Part shown: in pieces, positions 8,682 to 11,685 of the stretch | How the letters are laid out: the number at the start of each line of letters is the position of its first letter | Position numbering within the stretch: the first letter of the stretch is position 1 | Origin: a candidate division WOR-3 bacterium | GTDB taxonomy: Bacteria; Hydrothermota; Hydrothermia; JBDRYB01 | Assembly (NCBI GenBank): GCA_049969615.1 | Contig: JBMFOM010000066.1 | Coordinates: 1-11,685, forward strand | Length of the DNA stretch: 11,685 bases | Direction: 5' to 3' | The notes under the pieces: generated by a model | The model's input: only the letters and a program-made list of their open reading frames with translations | Told to the model about the DNA's origin: nothing | The model's database searches: none | Program-made: the position numbers and the translations under genes

Positions 8682-8866
8682 GAGACCCCTGATAAAGCAG
8701 TAATAACTTACTGGTTTGAACTGGGAGCGCTTTGTCCAAGGGAACAAGTTCTAAGAGGGCCCCCTGAAAAATCCCGCAACAATGGCATTTCCTCAGGGTT
8801 CTCATCTGGCTATGATGAGGCTTTCGGATAGGGACCAAGGACAAACCGGGATTTTTCAGGGGTTTC
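8682..8866 (+). mobile_element. MITE-like element family 1, copy A (185 bp)
   Basis: TIRs GAGACCCCTGATAAA / GAAACCCCTGAAAAA. Flanked by direct repeat AACCTAG (8675-8681 and 8867-8873). Homologous to 10302-10421. Confidence 0.8.
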
Positions 8867-8869
8867 AAC

Positions 8870-10261
8870 CTAGGGGCTACAATCGCGGTGGCCTGATGAG
8901 GCTTCTCTCTCCTTCAGAAACGCCCTCACCGCGGCCAAAGCGGATTTTTTGGTCTTTATCTTTCCCTCGGCCCTGAGGTCGTCAATCTCATCAAGTATCT
9001 CCCGGAACAAAGGCCCGGGCTTCAATCCCAGGGCAATCAGGTCGTTGCCCGTGAGCAATCTGGGTTCTTTCTTCTTTTCCCTCTCCATATCCTCAATGAA
9101 ATCGTGCAGGGATTTGGCCAGGATTAGGTGCGACACAACGCCCTGGTGGGAGAGCATAGAACTCAGGGCATCCGCGTATGTCAGGATTACTATGGGAAAG
9201 GCCCATTCCCCTGTCCTCCTGAGAAACCGGTTCATGGCCCTCCTAGTGGGGCCCTCGCCCTGGCCAAGGAAGTGCGGGTGCATATGATTCGCTATAAGCA
9301 ACACGAGCGCGTCGGCCTCTTCACCGCTCATCCTTAGCCTCCTGGCTATCCTCCTGGCCATCTTGGCACCCAGGGCATCGTGGCCATAGAAGTGAACCTC
9401 ATCGCTTTCCTCCTGGTATGTGTGCGGTTTTCCAATGTCGTGAAGCAGGGCCGCGAGGATGAATACTGCTCTAAGGGATGGATTTTCCAGGACCGTTAAG
9501 TGCCTCTTGTAGTGTACAAATGGTGTTATCTCAATGTTCCACAGAACCCCAGAGGAAACGGCCGCCGTGGACATGGAGTGGTGGAGCAGGTTGTTCCCGC
9601 CCCAGTCCGCGTCCGTGTCCAGGAGCTCCGGTAGGATGCTAGGCAGGACTCCGGCGTCCCAGGATACCCGGAGCGCCTCAGCCAGGCGCTGACCCAAAAG
9701 GAGCAGTTTGAGCTCAAACCAAATCCTCTCTGGAGCAACGTTTTCAAGGCCTCTGGTCTCCTCTTTGATCCAAGAGAACGTTTTGGGTTCAACCGAGAAA
9801 CCCAGCTCTGATGCAAAACGGAATGCCCGAAGGCACCTGAGGGGATCAGCCCGGAGGTTCTCGCGGGAGAGGGCACGGATGATCCTATCGCCAAGATCAC
9901 CGAGTCCGCCGGTTGGATCAACCAGCTTGCCACTGGGGCTCACGGCCATCGCGTTTATCGTGAAATCCCTCCGGGCGAGGTCTTGCATGATGTCCTTGCC
10001 CTGCCTGGCGACAACATCAACCCAGGCATCCCCGGCTATAACCCTTACCACCCCATCGTCCAGGGGAACAGCAGGAACGCGCCCCAGAGCCACGGAGAGC
10101 CCATTGGCGACGCGCTCGGCGTGGCCCGGTACCACCACATCCCAGTCCTTGACAGGCCTACCCAAAAGGGCATCCCTAACCGCGCCGCCAACCAGGAACC
10201 ACCCGCGAGGCAGGAATTTGCTTCCGGGTATGGATTGGACCAGGGATTTCAGATCGGACAT
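8870..10261 (-). CDS. Class II tRNA nucleotidyltransferase (CCA/poly(A) polymerase family, probably CC-adding type) with HD domain, 463 aa
   Basis: VGGAVRDALLGRPVKDWD, DLARRDFTINAMA, DPLRCLRAFRF, ERIWFEL, ALLHDIGKP, LLTGNDL..LGLKPGP. The ORF-track start at 10387 lies inside the MITE. Confidence 0.92.
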   Translation of the reverse strand: MSDLKSLVQSIPGSKFLPRGWFLVGGAVRDALLGRPVKDWDVVVPGHAERVANGLSVALGRVPAVPLDDGVVRVIAGDAWVDVVARQGKDIMQDLARRDFTINAMAVSPSGKLVDPTGGLGDLGDRIIRALSRENLRADPLRCLRAFRFASELGFSVEPKTFSWIKEETRGLENVAPERIWFELKLLLLGQRLAEALRVSWDAGVLPSILPELLDTDADWGGNNLLHHSMSTAAVSSGVLWNIEITPFVHYKRHLTVLENPSLRAVFILAALLHDIGKPHTYQEESDEVHFYGHDALGAKMARRIARRLRMSGEEADALVLLIANHMHPHFLGQGEGPTRRAMNRFLRRTGEWAFPIVILTYADALSSMLSHQGVVSHLILAKSLHDFIEDMEREKKKEPRLLTGNDLIALGLKPGPLFREILDEIDDLRAEGKIKTKKSALAAVRAFLKEREASSGHRDCSP

Positions 10262-10267
10262 ATATAA

Positions 10268-10296
10268 ATTATAACACATTTCCCGCGCAGAATCAT
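10268..10296 (-). promoter_or_regulatory. Extended -10 promoter, leaderless geometry
   Basis: TGtTATAAT with the perfect -10 at 10273-10268, 6 nt before ATG 10261. ATGATT at 17-nt spacing. Confidence 0.7.
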
Positions 10297-10301
10297 GTAT
10301 T

Positions 10302-10421
10302 GAAACCCATGAAAAATCCCGGTTTGGCCTTCGTACATCTCCGGGAGCCTCATCATAGTTCCTTCGGTCAAAGTGCTCCTGGTCCAAACCAACAAGTTAT
10401 TGCTACTTTATCAGGGGTCTC
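10302..10421 (-). mobile_element. MITE-like element family 1, copy B (120 bp, inverted relative to copy A)
   Basis: Same TIRs as copy A. Flanked by direct repeat GTATT (10297-10301 and 10422-10426). 101/120 positions identical to copy A by manual alignment. Confidence 0.8.
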
Positions 10422-10445
10422 GTATTTTGAGTATGGACTATGGGG

Positions 10446-11423
10446 TCATATGGCCAACAGCCTCGCGATCTCCCTCACGAGATCATCCAGGCCCATGCCT
10501 GTGAGCGCTGATACAACTATGGCCTTCCGGCCTCCTATTTCCGAAGGAAACGGCCCTGGAACCAGGTCTGACTTGTTGATCGCAATTAGCGTCTCTTTCT
10601 CAAGGAGGGCCGGATCGTGGCTCTTCAGCTCGGAGATCAAGAGTTCGTGTTGATTGTAGATATCGCCCTGGGTAGGGTCAAGCAGAAAGAGGATGACCCT
10701 GGAGCGTTCTATGTGTCGGAGAAAAGCGGTTCCCATGCCCCGACCGCGCGATGCGCCCTCAATAATGCCGGGAATATCCACCAGGGTGAACTTGCCCCTT
10801 ATCTCGTCCAACTCAAGGGTTCCCAGGTTTGGCCTTTTAGTTGTGAATGGGTAAGCCCCAACCACAGCCCTTGACCTGGTCAGCGCGACCAGGAGACTGC
10901 TTTTGCCAGCGTTGGGCAGGCCCACAATCCCAACATCACCGAGGGACTTGAGCTCAAGTCTAAGGAAGCGCTCCTCGCCCTCGGTGCCCATTTCGGCTTT
11001 CTGAGGTGCCCTGTCGGTTGGAGTAGCGAACCGCGCGTTTCCGCGCCCGCCCCTGCCGCCCCTTGCTACCATGAGCCGCTGGCCATCCTTTGTTATCTCG
11101 CCAAGGAGTTCTCCTGTGGTATCATCCACAGCAACGGTCCCCAGGGGAACCCTTATGAGGACATCCCTGCCCTTTTTGCCCCTCATCCCCTTTGGCTTTC
11201 CCTTGCCGCCGTCGCCCGCGAGAAAAACCCTCTCCTGCGCCAGGTCAAGGAGGTTCCATTTCCTGCTATCGCCGACCAGGAAGACAGAGCCGCCATCCCC
11301 GCCATCCCCGCCATCAGGCCCACCGCGCGGAACATATCTCTCCCGCCTGAAATGAACCAGACCATCCCCACCATTGCCAGCCCTGATCCGTATTACAACC
11401 AGATCAACGTAGCGTTCCTTCAC
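10446..11423 (-). CDS. obgE: GTPase ObgE/CgtA (325 aa, no C-terminal extension)
   Basis: Gly-rich Obg domain (YVD..AGNGGDG, RERYVPRGGPDGGDGG), G1 GLPNAGKS, G2 YPFTT, G3 DIPG, G4 NKSD, G5 SA. GTG 11423 matches the usual family N-terminus. Confidence 0.96.
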   Translation of the reverse strand: MKERYVDLVVIRIRAGNGGDGLVHFRRERYVPRGGPDGGDGGDGGSVFLVGDSRKWNLLDLAQERVFLAGDGGKGKPKGMRGKKGRDVLIRVPLGTVAVDDTTGELLGEITKDGQRLMVARGGRGGRGNARFATPTDRAPQKAEMGTEGEERFLRLELKSLGDVGIVGLPNAGKSSLLVALTRSRAVVGAYPFTTKRPNLGTLELDEIRGKFTLVDIPGIIEGASRGRGMGTAFLRHIERSRVILFLLDPTQGDIYNQHELLISELKSHDPALLEKETLIAINKSDLVPGPFPSEIGGRKAIVVSALTGMGLDDLVREIARLLAI

Positions 11424-11685
11424 GGATATATTATGCCGCGGGAGCCGATGCCTGAACCAGTATTTGGGCTGAGGATGTCCCGTCAACGAGTTCGGCGAAA
11501 GTGCCGATGGCTCTAGGACTTAGCGAGGCAGGATCGGGGAATTGCCTTATTTTATCAGCGAAATACGGAACCCGGATCGTTAAGACAGGGCCGAAAAGGG
11601 CCGGGTTTTGGCCTGAACTCGGCCGTGGGAGGGCCAAACCATAATAATCAAGGCCTGGTGCGGGTTTCCCGGCATGCTATTGCTG

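Noticed and set aside
10299-10306. ATTGAAAC, resembling a CRISPR repeat end
   Set aside because: No regularly spaced repeat-spacer array and no cas genes. It is the MITE end plus flank.
8602-10653. Paralog-like ORFs 8602..8868(-) and 10300..10653(+), both starting MKP(L/M)KNPGL
   Set aside because: The similarity is explained by the MITE repeat. Both have TTG starts and run antisense into real genes.
218-11374. Many antisense or alternate-frame ORFs (e.g. 218..586, 6316..7056, 9708..10274)
   Set aside because: Shadows of well-supported genes, with no motifs of their own.
11436-11685. Hairpins upstream of obgE, ORF 11431..11637, and a possible divergent start ATG CTA TTG CTG at 11674
   Set aside because: Short GC stems match no RNA family I recognise, the ORF is featureless, and four codons at the window edge are not enough to call a gene.

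Overview
Bacterial chromosomal housekeeping region. On the minus strand: tmRNA (ssrA), a 52-aa ORF and pyrE. On the plus strand: a class I PLP aminotransferase, fused isobutyryl-CoA mutase (icmF), a hypothetical lipoprotein coupled to mltG, and a DUF151 nuclease-family gene. Then, on the minus strand, a tRNA nucleotidyltransferase with HD domain and obgE. The most interesting signals are small: (1) a peptide ORF with an RRE-type 'KPYEKPKIL' leader motif in the tmRNA 3' trailer (orphan RiPP-precursor candidate); (2) two inverted copies of a MITE-like element, each with its own target duplication, bracketing the nucleotidyltransferase gene, plus a second MITE-like element that may supply a -35 box; (3) the nucleotidyltransferase appears to lack the flexible loop, as CC-adding enzymes do, and the tmRNA does not encode CCA; (4) four genes have leaderless-type promoter geometry. 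All calls come from reading the sequence; no searches were run.
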